Notes: generated by a model not told the origin, from the letters alone. A DNA stretch of 64,000 bases from IMGVR_UViG_3300032116_000001:124001-188000; one strand, 5' to 3'. Positions 38,301-47,247 are shown, numbered from the stretch's first letter. Translations and numbers: made by a program.

Positions 38301-39305
38301 ATCATCATTGATACTTGTTGGTTTCCATGAAAGACTTTCATAAATTCTAGTGTTAAAGAAATTTTTTCGTGGCCAAAATATAATATCGTCAAGGTCGGGG
38401 TTTATAGTTGTCCCTGATGTGTAAGTATATGTTGGTAAATCGTCTTGACTCCCCCAATACATTGCTATATGCCACCAAGAATCAGGCCCCCAGGTGAAAC
38501 TTGGGTCATTGACAGTTCTTAAAGTTACATTATAGCCATTTGTAGTTTTTTGAATTGTATATGCCAAGACGCTTAGTTCTTCATATAAACTAGGCTCGGC
38601 ATCAAGTTCTTGCCAGTCTGATCCAGATTTCTCTTGAACTAGGCCAATGTGTGAATAAAACCTGACGTCTAACGGGGCGTCATTTAAGTGGTTGGAATGT
38701 TTGTGTCCGTCTACAGCATCATTAGGAATAAAAAATTCAATTTGATATGTGTGGTCATATGTGGTTATCCCTGGGTTGTAAAAAGATACCCACGTCGCAC
38801 TTTCGTAAAATGGAACTTCCTCATAATCGGTGCCATCCCAGCGCACTGGGTGGTTTTTGGTTAGTCTTTGTGAACCTCCTGAAGGCTCACCGCCGTTGGT
38901 TGTGTAAATGGGGTTACCGTCATCATCTCTGGGAATCCACCCAGACCAAGCATTATATTTCCAGACCCCCCAGCCCTCTGGAGATGGCGGACCATAATAA
39001 TAAGGGCTCCAGAACTCACCCGAAGGTATTTCTGGGAAATCAGATGCAAAATTTAATTTAACATCAATCTCACCACCTTGTATTCCAAGGCCAACGGGGT
39101 CTTTTTCTCCGAAAAGCAGCAATCCCTCAGCAGAATCTTCGTCATGAAATAGCGTTGCTGTTCTGAGTCTGCAAAAGATAGTTTCCAGGGCCAGAAGAGC
39201 GCCTGGATTTTTCGAAGTGTCTCCTATTTTTGACACTATCCTTTCTCTTGCTCGCCCCAAAGTTTCGGCTATAATCTGCAATCCCTCGCGATTAATCTCG
39301 CTCAT
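35331..39305 (-). CDS. Large tail-associated protein with C-terminal PA14 domain
   Basis: 1324 aa; RIEGVFTP..YTLSVTSSQGVRVYINDVLVLDEW..IVVEHF..GSQRLQIRW is PA14-like. Confidence 0.7.
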   Translation of the reverse strand: MSEINREGLQIIAETLGRARERIVSKIGDTSKNPGALLALETIFCRLRTATLFHDEDSAEGLLLFGEKDPVGLGIQGGEIDVKLNFASDFPEIPSGEFWSPYYYGPPSPEGWGVWKYNAWSGWIPRDDDGNPIYTTNGGEPSGGSQRLTKNHPVRWDGTDYEEVPFYESATWVSFYNPGITTYDHTYQIEFFIPNDAVDGHKHSNHLNDAPLDVRFYSHIGLVQEKSGSDWQELDAEPSLYEELSVLAYTIQKTTNGYNVTLRTVNDPSFTWGPDSWWHIAMYWGSQDDLPTYTYTSGTTINPDLDDIIFWPRKNFFNTRIYESLSWKPTSINDDNKYLVASNRTHFLFKDGEYSNPEIPPKYELLEDFPKVPVIGLSNSMIGYSAPRDAEAVPVIICATPQGTPSDGPIAEYLIISSPPVPSELWPANWDICKYFPRVPRDYVLISRLVLAKAPGSISNLVAGTSSSGSGTIMRADLETGSERNILAGLSIIWADQEIKTFAQKPHGDPLLASIILPEVYNLLQTFRNLDIKGATRSAAFDVLLPASRFPETITPKQNQLLDSASLQSKIFRGLLKNPFDTDLQNPDNAPPRAIPFNSPGIAIIEDLSAAPPSTEMGRLNSNALSLTKQKINIANNFEIYMEPSSQCEAIDPNKSGIALGQDYTIRFELEDSDENVLQKDLFVMASMFFLTDGEYANRELKGQSTTGYYRRGTSEDQANRAPGTLETIDSWRLHGYAGIIPDLTMGDSRLIRTKVVSPPDETRETEEQFRKRLANQGYTEDEIDEEVQDFLNDGGEFLIIDLNQYPELWVGLRNLGVSVSKYTFSDVPYWKINLNPYFGIANAVKDDPNPSVEEVRADSFTIAPTGLSAGDLEQYGTQSVEVLDPSLNQTSGGSTGNFSKYIAFKIETTEKTFASSFSLRLQVDLDSGFTELLNSSSSKLIPHIYANNNDLPGQRIISGDGVSFGELSTSGFTEITFSLPYTFSNNNTYWIVLEKTSLEIGGTIEFDYVTSVNENISKPDVDNNWINEAGEVWIKFYQTSNEVYGAFNRDTPNITAYLPPPNKERESNPVYKVEGHWAYTCKDINPPSQLSIYPRAFHDGTQWRYAKFSNDIHVCVKYSVDGIIKTLLHTFNSSPSWRAQWWKKSSLDYNNLDTSISPTTDEIITSINYTNFTLDGQNENINTRIEGVFTPIYNESYTLSVTSSQGVRVYINDVLVLDEWLNDSLNTFNYVMGLLSNTTPQRIVVEHFHSTGSQRLQIRWQSSSQTLAEIGPSTSVDPTPAPLIIDSDKIQRITYLSVGKEMPDITTPTNGAPPGDKIVIRSV

Positions 39306-39309
39306 CGTA

Positions 39310-40080
39310 TTACACCGCCTCTATCGGAACTGAATCAGGTCCTGCATTAACAATGGGCACCAGCTCCCTGGCGGTCAGGGTAAATTGACCTTGTTTGAGT
39401 AGTTGTTGCCCGCGGCCATCGTCTGATGGCTTGGCCTCAGATATTTTAACCCCATAAATCAATCGTATTGGCGAAAGCAAGTCTTTTTGCATTTGCTTAA
39501 TGTTAAGTCTTGCTTCTTCGGTTAAATTTGTTACAGACGTGTCGTTTCTGACTGCCTCGTACATTCTCAGAAAGGCATCGGCAGCAATACCAGACGCGAG
39601 CGGGGCTGGAGACGGTGAAGAGTGTGTTTCAGCCCAAAGAGTTGAAAATGCACTTTGGGCCGCTGTAACAAAAGGAGAAAGTATTGTATTGTGCTGATTT
39701 GTAAAATGCTCGGGTGTAAGTGCCCATTTTTGGCAAATTGGGCACAAATCCATAATCCACATTACTCTATAATCTTTTAGTGAATAATAAACCAATCTTG
39801 CAAGTTCTTGCACTAATTTTTCAGAATTTTCTGTTTGGTTAGAGCCCGCGGATATTCCAATAGTGATTCTGTGCTCAATTTCTTGCATACCAAAAGCCGC
39901 ATCGCCAATATTTTCCGAAGAACCATAAATAATTATAGACAAATTTGACGGCAGAACATCTCTATCGCCTAAATGCCATCCTTCAAGAACATGGTCGTAA
40001 ACAACAACATGCCCTTCTGCGTTTTTTGGCATTTTGTAAAATAAAATGCCCCTTATGGTTTCATAAATTTTTTCCAACAT
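39310..40080 (-). CDS. Putative tail terminator/completion protein with inserted C2H2-like zinc motif
   Basis: Directly after the head-tail adaptor; CPICQKWALTPEHFTNQH insert. Confidence 0.5.
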   Translation of the reverse strand: MLEKIYETIRGILFYKMPKNAEGHVVVYDHVLEGWHLGDRDVLPSNLSIIIYGSSENIGDAAFGMQEIEHRITIGISAGSNQTENSEKLVQELARLVYYSLKDYRVMWIMDLCPICQKWALTPEHFTNQHNTILSPFVTAAQSAFSTLWAETHSSPSPAPLASGIAADAFLRMYEAVRNDTSVTNLTEEARLNIKQMQKDLLSPIRLIYGVKISEAKPSDDGRGQQLLKQGQFTLTARELVPIVNAGPDSVPIEAV

Positions 40081-40107
40081 AATTAAAATGCGATCTTTGT
40101 CTTAAGA

Positions 40108-40602
40108 TTATTGATTTTGACCTTTTGACCGCCCGCCTTCGGCTGGATTTTTTGGTGCGCCACGCAATGTTGATCTCACAAATCTATCACCCTTTGTTGA
40201 TCTTTGTCCCGACAATCTGATTTCTCCATTTTGAATTCTAACAAGCTCATTCATAGCCCAATCAAATCGTGTTTTTTGTGCTTCGCTATATTGTCTATCG
40301 GCACCCTGAAGGGGCTGGTTGTAATACATTTGAGCTGACAAAATAGCACAAATAACAGGTATTGGGTGAGGGTAGCTAATCTCGCCTCCATTGTTTTTTT
40401 GCACTAAAGGAACGTCATAAATAACCCCTATGTTTGCATCTATCTGACTAGACGCTTCTTCAATAAAAAAATCCAAATCAATGTTTTTGGCCGACTCTGG
40501 TGATGGATTTCTAAAATTAGGAATAGGGTTGTCGCCCTCCAGTGTAATATTCGGCGGGAGATATTGTTTTACATCGTTTATTGTGCAGTAGCGTCTTGCC
40601 AT
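40108..40602 (-). CDS. Head-tail adaptor (Mu gp36/DUF1320-like)
   Basis: YCTINDV..FIEEASSQID..YDVPL..ICAILSA..RFDWAMNELVRIQNGEI. Confidence 0.75.
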   Translation of the reverse strand: MARRYCTINDVKQYLPPNITLEGDNPIPNFRNPSPESAKNIDLDFFIEEASSQIDANIGVIYDVPLVQKNNGGEISYPHPIPVICAILSAQMYYNQPLQGADRQYSEAQKTRFDWAMNELVRIQNGEIRLSGQRSTKGDRFVRSTLRGAPKNPAEGGRSKGQNQ

Positions 40603-41297
40603 TATTTATTTACCCCTTGCTGATTCGCATCATCTCGTCTTAGGTATTCAGGAGTGTATTCTACCCCCTGTCCAGTGGGCAGCAGCCCCATGGCTTCTAT
40701 GTCTTTTCTTCCAATCATAGTAAATGCATTAATTTTTTCAAGATCGGTGCCTGAAGCCGCTCCCGACGTTATAAATCTATGAAAGTCAACATCTATGTCT
40801 TGGAAGCCCCCTGATTTGGCGCAGTAGATTTCCACAGCATCGGGAATTGATGTCCCTTTTGCTAATTTGTTGATTTCTTGAGCCTGTCGCTTACCCACAT
40901 TCGCAATCATAACAAGCCCATTATTTTTGTGCGCAATTTCACACGCTTGGCTAAGGGAAAGATTTGGAGGCAATGAATCTTTAATATTAAAAGCAATAAT
41001 ATGAGCCTTGTCTGTGCATGTGTATTCTTGGCCTGGGACCACATGCAAATCTAAGTTCTGCTCTCTGCATAGTTGCTGAGCACGCCAGCCAGCTTGCGGG
41101 CCATAATTATTCACCACGCCGATGACATCAAGTCCCTTGACTATAGCGGCTGTTAAAATAGATTTTATGGATGAATCCAAGTCATTTTGATTGGTAAAAT
41201 TTTCAACACGATCAATATACACGCGCAAATCCACCCGCAACACATGTTTGCGGAGGGCTATACACTCTCGTGCGGTGGAATACCATCTATTAAACAC
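40602..41297 (-). CDS. PHP-fold protein lacking most metal-binding histidines
   Basis: VDLRVY, GLDVIGVVNN, VVPGQE, HIIAFN, DAVEI follow the PHP motif order; N-terminus MFNRWYSTAR. Confidence 0.65.
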   Translation of the reverse strand: MFNRWYSTARECIALRKHVLRVDLRVYIDRVENFTNQNDLDSSIKSILTAAIVKGLDVIGVVNNYGPQAGWRAQQLCREQNLDLHVVPGQEYTCTDKAHIIAFNIKDSLPPNLSLSQACEIAHKNNGLVMIANVGKRQAQEINKLAKGTSIPDAVEIYCAKSGGFQDIDVDFHRFITSGAASGTDLEKINAFTMIGRKDIEAMGLLPTGQGVEYTPEYLRRDDANQQGVNK

Positions 41298-41319
41298 TTC
41301 AGAAACTCCTATTGGTATT

Positions 41320-41344
41320 TTCTGAAGAAAATTAACTTAAACCT
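41320..41344 (-). promoter_or_regulatory. AGG-N19-GAA motif heading the neck/tail operon
   Basis: - strand AGG tttaagttaattttcttca GAA. Confidence 0.65.
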
Positions 41345-41930
41345 ATCGCCGCTCACCACAGTCGGGGCAGAATTTTTCTGCCCCCGAAAACTTATAACCA
41401 CATTGATAGCAAAATTTTATCAATGACACTCCACAATGAGGGCAGAATTTTGCATTTTTAGGATAATCATTGCCACAAGAAGCACACCCAATATTAATAG
41501 AATCTTTTGCGATTTGAACGGGCGGGGTGGTTTTTTTGGCAATTTCTTTTGAGATATTTACCACAGAATCTTCCATAAATTCGGACAATGTTGTTGGTAT
41601 ATTGTCGAATATGGATTTGTTTTCAGCGTGGTTATATTGATCTTCATTAATAAATTCCGATTCATCAGCTTCTGGCTCTTCGCTTGGAAAAACATGGTCT
41701 GATATAAATTTTTGCATAGCTGGGTGGTCAATGAGGCTTTGTGAATCAGAAGCATTTATATTGCCACTTTCATCTATAATGACTTTCATTCGATCATGAG
41801 GAAGCACATTGTTATTTGAATCCTGCCCCAAAACTGTGTGCCCAAACCTATTTAATCCAAAAGAAGATTGAGCCGCTTTTTCTGGATCGACAAAAGAATG
41901 CCTATGTATTGGTTTTTCGTCTTCGGTCAC
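41343..41930 (-). CDS. Double zinc ribbon protein
   Basis: C-terminal CASCG..CPHCG..CYQCG..CPDCG. Confidence 0.75.
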   Translation of the reverse strand: MTEDEKPIHRHSFVDPEKAAQSSFGLNRFGHTVLGQDSNNNVLPHDRMKVIIDESGNINASDSQSLIDHPAMQKFISDHVFPSEEPEADESEFINEDQYNHAENKSIFDNIPTTLSEFMEDSVVNISKEIAKKTTPPVQIAKDSINIGCASCGNDYPKNAKFCPHCGVSLIKFCYQCGYKFSGAEKFCPDCGERR

Positions 41931-41973
41931 TTTTTCCTATCGTGGCGCATTAGCCATTAATGTTTATACAGAA

Positions 41974-42324
41974 TTAGTTTTTACCTTTGGTTTCGCTTTT
42001 CTTCCAGCTAAAGCCATCAATATCAACCCCAAGGTCTTTAACTGAGTTCATTATAGCGTGCATAATTTCTGCCTCGGAAACCCCCTCGGGCACCTTAAAA
42101 GTTACACTTGTTGTATGAGTTTCGCGATCATCTTTAGGCGGAGCTTCTGTGATTTTTGCAAAGGGTTGTATCATCGGATTGTAAGGCATGTCATGCATGA
42201 TGTTGTCATCGCCACTTGATAAATACTGAGCTATTCGGTGAAGCTCCTTAGACATCGGGCTTCCTTTTTTATCCAGTGAATCGGCGACGTTTGTAATTCT
42301 ATTTGCAATATTTTTGTTGCTCAT
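41974..42324 (-). CDS. Small hypothetical protein with N-terminal helical tag
   Basis: MSNKNIANRITNVADSLDKKGSPMSKELHRIAQ; aaagga SD. Confidence 0.75.
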   Translation of the reverse strand: MSNKNIANRITNVADSLDKKGSPMSKELHRIAQYLSSGDDNIMHDMPYNPMIQPFAKITEAPPKDDRETHTTSVTFKVPEGVSEAEIMHAIMNSVKDLGVDIDGFSWKKSETKGKN

Positions 42325-42446
42325 AATTCCTTTCCCAAGGTTGTTTTTTGTCCGTTTTTTTACACCCTACTATAAGGCATATTAATTATGATCATTATTA
42401 TGATTAGTATTATGATCATAATAATGAAATTTCTTCAATTGATAAT

Positions 42447-42471
42447 TTCTGATGTATTTTGGGATATTCCT
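42447..42471 (-). promoter_or_regulatory. AGG-N19-GAA motif upstream of 42324
   Basis: - strand AGG aatatcccaaaatacatca GAA. Confidence 0.6.
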
Positions 42472-42480
42472 TTAAGGATA

Positions 42481-43698
42481 TCAGTTGTCCTTAACCTCTT
42501 CGTCGAATCGCTTTAGTGCATTGACTTGGTCTTCTTCTGTTGTTTTGTTAAGAATGTCTGACATGGCATATCCTTGATCAAGTAATGCAATGGCTTCTGG
42601 CCATACGGACATTACGGGGTGACCTTGCCTTTCTTCTGGAGATAAGTCCCTAATCTGATCGTAGCTTTCAGAAACCCACTTTGCTACATATAGAATTCGA
42701 TTAATTACACTTCTTAGAACAGATTGAGAAGACTGTTGAATTCTTGCCTCTCCAGTTGATTCTCCTCCAAGCGGCGCTGTGTCAGGATCATTACCGCCAC
42801 TGCCTGTACTTGTGCCTGTATCTATCGTTGAACTCATTAGGAAAACTGATCGAAGCTCTCGCAATGCATTTATCTCGTCACTCATATCATGAGTTCTCAT
42901 AATTTCAGTGTATCTTGGATTTCTTATTTTCAATCTATTGAAGGACGAATCCACCACTACAAAGCCCTCATATTCTAGTGGATCATAGTATTGATTCAAA
43001 AGCTCTTCGCAATCACTTATTGAATTCACTGGAAATTTCTGTGGCAAAAACCCATTAAACTCGTTTTTAAATGGTTTCATGGAGAATATATCAATTTCTT
43101 CTAAGGAATCGTTATTTACCGCCGCAACAAGCCATAAATGGCGTTCTTTATAAATGCAAACAACTCTGTTTTCTGGTGTGCATAATTCAAATATATAAGT
43201 TGTGTTTTTATCAAGGCTTTTTGTAAATGCATCAAATGATGTCCCCATGTCATTTAGGGTTTGCTCAAAAAGCTCTCGCCAGGTGATTTTATTGTTGTTA
43301 CTATTTGGAGTATAAACAGGCCATGATCCATCGGCCACAAATCTTGTACCCACATGCCACTCGTTTTTGTAAAAGTATAAGCTGACCATTGCTCCGTCAT
43401 ATTTTGATAGCGCGTATGCTTCGTGCCATTTGAAATTATTCAAAATATCTTTGCCATAAGGGTTGTTTGGCTCAAAAAAAGCATCAATTGGCTTACTGAC
43501 AACATTCCATGTGTCTAACTCAAGGATCAGCCCTCTTGTTTCTCTAACCAATGGGTTGTCAAGAGGGCTAAGAACTCTATAATTAAAAACAACTACGCCA
43601 AGATTTTCACATATGTTGAATTGAATGTCGAATCTCTGGAAAAGATTATGAAGTGTTTTCCCAGAGCGTAAATATTCTTGTGTCAACAGGGTTTTCAT
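42481..43698 (-). CDS. RNA ligase, T4 Rnl1-like
   Basis: Nucleotidyltransferase motifs KYDG, FELCTPENRVV, EGFVVVD, RLKIRN; ETRGLILE N-terminal motif. Confidence 0.88.
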   Translation of the reverse strand: MKTLLTQEYLRSGKTLHNLFQRFDIQFNICENLGVVVFNYRVLSPLDNPLVRETRGLILELDTWNVVSKPIDAFFEPNNPYGKDILNNFKWHEAYALSKYDGAMVSLYFYKNEWHVGTRFVADGSWPVYTPNSNNNKITWRELFEQTLNDMGTSFDAFTKSLDKNTTYIFELCTPENRVVCIYKERHLWLVAAVNNDSLEEIDIFSMKPFKNEFNGFLPQKFPVNSISDCEELLNQYYDPLEYEGFVVVDSSFNRLKIRNPRYTEIMRTHDMSDEINALRELRSVFLMSSTIDTGTSTGSGGNDPDTAPLGGESTGEARIQQSSQSVLRSVINRILYVAKWVSESYDQIRDLSPEERQGHPVMSVWPEAIALLDQGYAMSDILNKTTEEDQVNALKRFDEEVKDN

Positions 43699-43708
43699 GC
43701 AGTTTGAA

Positions 43709-43733
43709 TTCTTGTTTTTATCAATTTTGGCCT
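43709..43733 (-). promoter_or_regulatory. AGG-N19-GAA motif 10 nt before the RNA ligase start
   Basis: - strand AGG ccaaaattgataaaaacaa GAA. Confidence 0.6.
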
Positions 43734-43776
43734 ATTTTTGCCACAGGAATAGGGCTTTAAATTTTCTGTTTTTGAT

Positions 43777-44640
43777 TTATGATGGCCAAATACCCCATCT
43801 TTCATGCATAGCAAAACATACTCTTTGTAAAGATGCATAGTAGGTGAAATTTTGTACATTATCTCCTTGAATTACTTTGTTGAAGAAATAAGTAGGATCA
43901 CTGCTTATAGTGTTCATAATAATCGTGGCTGGTATATTTTGACTAACACACCAGTGTGCAAGACTATTGCTTGTGCTAAAAACTCCTTTGGCCTTTTGTG
44001 ATAATGCAAAAAGGTGACATATTGTGGGAAATTTATCAACCATGTTGTACACATTAGATAAATTTGAATACAATTTTGAATCCCATCTTATTCCCGATAA
44101 GATATATCTTTTTTCCAGGTCTCCAGAAATCCATTGAATAAATTCATGCCAATGGGGCCAATGAGCCGCGTATGTTGTCGTATTTATGCTGAATGGTTGA
44201 ATAATATAAAAATCTGATTCTATTTTGGCAGCAATATCATCTGCCCATTCGTGACATTCTTGTGGAAGATTGAGATTTTTTGCTATTTCTATATTTCTAT
44301 CCCATGACCTGTTTTTATCCATTACCGTTGTGGTCGGATAAAAGTCATCGGGGCTTATGTCTTTGTTTTTTATTATTTTTTTCAAACCTTCTAAAAAGGT
44401 CCGTTCATACATTAACAAACTGTTTTTTGCCTTGAAATCATCTATATCGGCGGGCTTCACGAGAATCAGATTGTCTACAAAGTCTTGGCATTTTAAAAAA
44501 GACTCCATAGCGGGATTTTCGGGACCAAAATAAACTAAGTTTTTTGCTCCCGATGATTTTACATAACCAAGCTCACAGATGACATCACCCCACGCCCCAG
44601 AAACTATAGCCCATTGTTTTTTTGAATCTGCATTCATCAT
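43777..44640 (-). CDS. GT9-like (GT-B) glycosyltransferase-related protein
   Basis: GAWGDV near the N-terminus, YIIQPFS, FSTSNSLAHW..NIPA. Confidence 0.55.
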   Translation of the reverse strand: MMNADSKKQWAIVSGAWGDVICELGYVKSSGAKNLVYFGPENPAMESFLKCQDFVDNLILVKPADIDDFKAKNSLLMYERTFLEGLKKIIKNKDISPDDFYPTTTVMDKNRSWDRNIEIAKNLNLPQECHEWADDIAAKIESDFYIIQPFSINTTTYAAHWPHWHEFIQWISGDLEKRYILSGIRWDSKLYSNLSNVYNMVDKFPTICHLFALSQKAKGVFSTSNSLAHWCVSQNIPATIIMNTISSDPTYFFNKVIQGDNVQNFTYYASLQRVCFAMHERWGIWPS

Positions 44641-46568
44641 TACATTCTCTCGATAGTGTGAACTTTATGAGCATCAAAAGATGATCTGTAGTCATTATTG
44701 CTTGATATTTTTAAATTATTTATTCTCAGTTTTCTTGCCACAGAATCCATATTGCACAACGGGTTGTTTTTGTCATGAACAAGAATAATACCATTGTCAT
44801 TTAACATATTTGAAGCTAACAAAATTAGCACAGAGGTGTTTTTGTCATTTTCTGAAGTGTCCATTATAATTATATCATACTTTTTATTTAAATCATTTAT
44901 CTTTTTGCACTCAACAAAAACATTTTCTATACAATCGTTTTTGTATTTTTTGCTTAATTTTGCAATTAGCTGACTGCCTGAACTTTGAATTCTTTGATAT
45001 TCAGTATTGTTTATTTCGGAATATTTCAGACAAACTCCACCAACTGCTCCATGATAAGTATTTATATCAAGTATATTCAATGGCTGAAGCCTAGATATTT
45101 CTGATGCAACGTGTCTAATTGAGCTGTCTGAATCCAATATGTTTTTAAATATATGAGCATTAAATACATTTTCTTCTTGATCGAATTCACGCGCATAATC
45201 AACAACAAACTCAATATATTCTTCAACCCATTTTTCAGACACGTTTCCAAATTTTCCAAGATCAAGATTTGAAAATAATGATGAAAATTTATTGTATTTT
45301 TCTTTTCCTTCTTTGCCGTTAAAATGAAGAACATTTATTGTCTTTTTATCAATTGATGCGATTAAATTCGATTCTGACACATGTATTTGCAGATTTTCTG
45401 GTTCTTTCAGAAGTTGCATATTATATTTTTCATCAATTTCATTAACGCATCCCATTTTTGCAATAGCAGCATTAAGAAGGGCTTGCTCTCTCCATGGCAA
45501 ATCTATTCTTTGGTCCATCCATACAATACCCATTGGGGCCATTGATCTCATCATATTATCAAGAGCAAGCATTGATTTTCTACTTCCCCCAAAAACCCCA
45601 CCATTAATAATGAACTTTAAACTTTTGTCTTTTTGGCTTAAATTTAAAAAGTCTGAAGCTCCTTGTTGTCCCCCGTAGGGCTCGCTTAAGTTATCAAGTA
45701 TATCTTCTACCGATGTTTGTTTACTAATCCAATTTTCTCTTCCAGCTAATATAGCAAGATCATTGCATGAATCCATTGTATTAAAAAGATTTCTTACATC
45801 GCCTATAACAAGAATGTCAGTGTCGAATACTAAATACTGATCTGCGCACACAACATGCGCAATGCTATAAACAGCAGTTTTTATCCATATATTTACATCA
45901 TCGACGACCCTTTTAATTTCAATGGTGTCTGCTCCAAATTTTCGACAAATTTTAGGAACAATAACGCTGTTTTCCTCAGTCATGACAACTACGTGGCAAT
46001 CCCTGACATTTCCATATTTGTAAAGAGACGCAAGAAAATTACTAAGCATGTCTGCCATGCTATCATCCGCAACTGCGCAGATGCATCTTTTCACCTTTTT
46101 AATTTTTCGAGGAACTAAAATATGAACTCTATTTAAGGCTGCCATCATTACATTAGGCGCGGAAGCATGCAATACGGGGTCAATCCATACTGCATGACAT
46201 CCATGTGGATTATCTGACTCAATAATTAATTCTATTTTCTTGGGATTGTAAATTCTAGCCTCAATAAATCTTGGATCACAATTTTTCCTTACATTTGTTG
46301 CTGCGCCAACTAATATACCATCAGCGTAAATAAAGAAATTAGCCTCGCTGTCTTCAACAGAGCTATCATTCAATGCAACGTGACAGCTTAGTAAATTAAA
46401 GCCTTCATGAATCTCAAACTTCAATTTACTATTTGGGTGAGCTGATATACTATGTTCAAAAAAAGATTTATTTACCGATAAAAGAATCGGATATCCCATG
46501 CCACCACGGCTGCCAATACCTCCGTGGCCAACTTTATATTCTGATGGTATTAATGTGTCTAAATACAT
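44640..46568 (-). CDS. Fusion of NPCBM/NEW2 carbohydrate-binding domain, GT8 glycosyltransferase and SAM-methyltransferase-like domain
   Basis: ISAHPNS..VALND..IYADG..HAVWIDP; FDTDIL, INGGVF, EQALLN, LHFNG; YDIIIMD..LNDNGIILVHD. Confidence 0.75.
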   Translation of the reverse strand: MYLDTLIPSEYKVGHGGIGSRGGMGYPILLSVNKSFFEHSISAHPNSKLKFEIHEGFNLLSCHVALNDSSVEDSEANFFIYADGILVGAATNVRKNCDPRFIEARIYNPKKIELIIESDNPHGCHAVWIDPVLHASAPNVMMAALNRVHILVPRKIKKVKRCICAVADDSMADMLSNFLASLYKYGNVRDCHVVVMTEENSVIVPKICRKFGADTIEIKRVVDDVNIWIKTAVYSIAHVVCADQYLVFDTDILVIGDVRNLFNTMDSCNDLAILAGRENWISKQTSVEDILDNLSEPYGGQQGASDFLNLSQKDKSLKFIINGGVFGGSRKSMLALDNMMRSMAPMGIVWMDQRIDLPWREQALLNAAIAKMGCVNEIDEKYNMQLLKEPENLQIHVSESNLIASIDKKTINVLHFNGKEGKEKYNKFSSLFSNLDLGKFGNVSEKWVEEYIEFVVDYAREFDQEENVFNAHIFKNILDSDSSIRHVASEISRLQPLNILDINTYHGAVGGVCLKYSEINNTEYQRIQSSGSQLIAKLSKKYKNDCIENVFVECKKINDLNKKYDIIIMDTSENDKNTSVLILLASNMLNDNGIILVHDKNNPLCNMDSVARKLRINNLKISSNNDYRSSFDAHKVHTIERM

Positions 46569-46575
46569 GCTTCAC

Positions 46576-47247
46576 TTACATTGAAGTCGATAGATAGTTT
46601 TTGGGTCCTAGTTCTTGACTTCTTAAATATTCAAGAGTTTCTTTCTTTTCTATATAAAAGCTTTGATATTTATACAAATCTATTTCTGGATAATATATTA
46701 CTCTCCTTATCACCCCATCTCCATAAACATCTCTGTGAGCTAGAAAACTAAATCCATGCCTTCCACAATAACTTGAACTCTCTGTTAATTTTGGATACAC
46801 TCTCTCGCTTAATATTGCCCTAAGTTTACTACAATTTTTTAAAGAAAGTATGTAGTTTTTACATTCTGTGATAAATTTCAAAGAAAAAAGACCCATATTA
46901 AGCCAACCTTCATCTCCGATTGCTATATGATCATGGGTGCATCCTCTTTTTGCAATTAGATTCAAGAAATTGCTTCCAACCTCAGTTGTGTCATGCAATA
47001 CCCACCACCACGGGTTAGTATTATTCGACTCTAGTAAATAAATTAACCCAGTGTGATCATAGGAATTATGATTAACATAAGCGTAGGTTATGTTGTTTTT
47101 GCGTATTGTTTGTTCAAATTCGGCCCCACCAACAACGACTAGTATTTGGTCATTTTTAACGCCGCATTTCAGAAGACTTTTTATAAGCTTTTCTGCATGT
47201 TTTTTATGCGAGCTTATGTGCGAAGATACTAAAAAATTTATCATCAT
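46576..47247 (-). CDS. GT-A-like glycosyltransferase-related protein
   Basis: ILVVVGG, HNSYDHTGL, WVLHDT; located in the glycosyltransferase cluster. Confidence 0.5.
   Translation of the reverse strand: MMINFLVSSHISSHKKHAEKLIKSLLKCGVKNDQILVVVGGAEFEQTIRKNNITYAYVNHNSYDHTGLIYLLESNNTNPWWWVLHDTTEVGSNFLNLIAKRGCTHDHIAIGDEGWLNMGLFSLKFITECKNYILSLKNCSKLRAILSERVYPKLTESSSYCGRHGFSFLAHRDVYGDGVIRRVIYYPEIDLYKYQSFYIEKKETLEYLRSQELGPKNYLSTSM

Noticed and set aside
41360-41500. Repeated gggcagaattt sequence as a DNA repeat element
   Set aside because: It is explained by the repeated KFCP-x-CG zinc-ribbon codons of gene 41343..41930.
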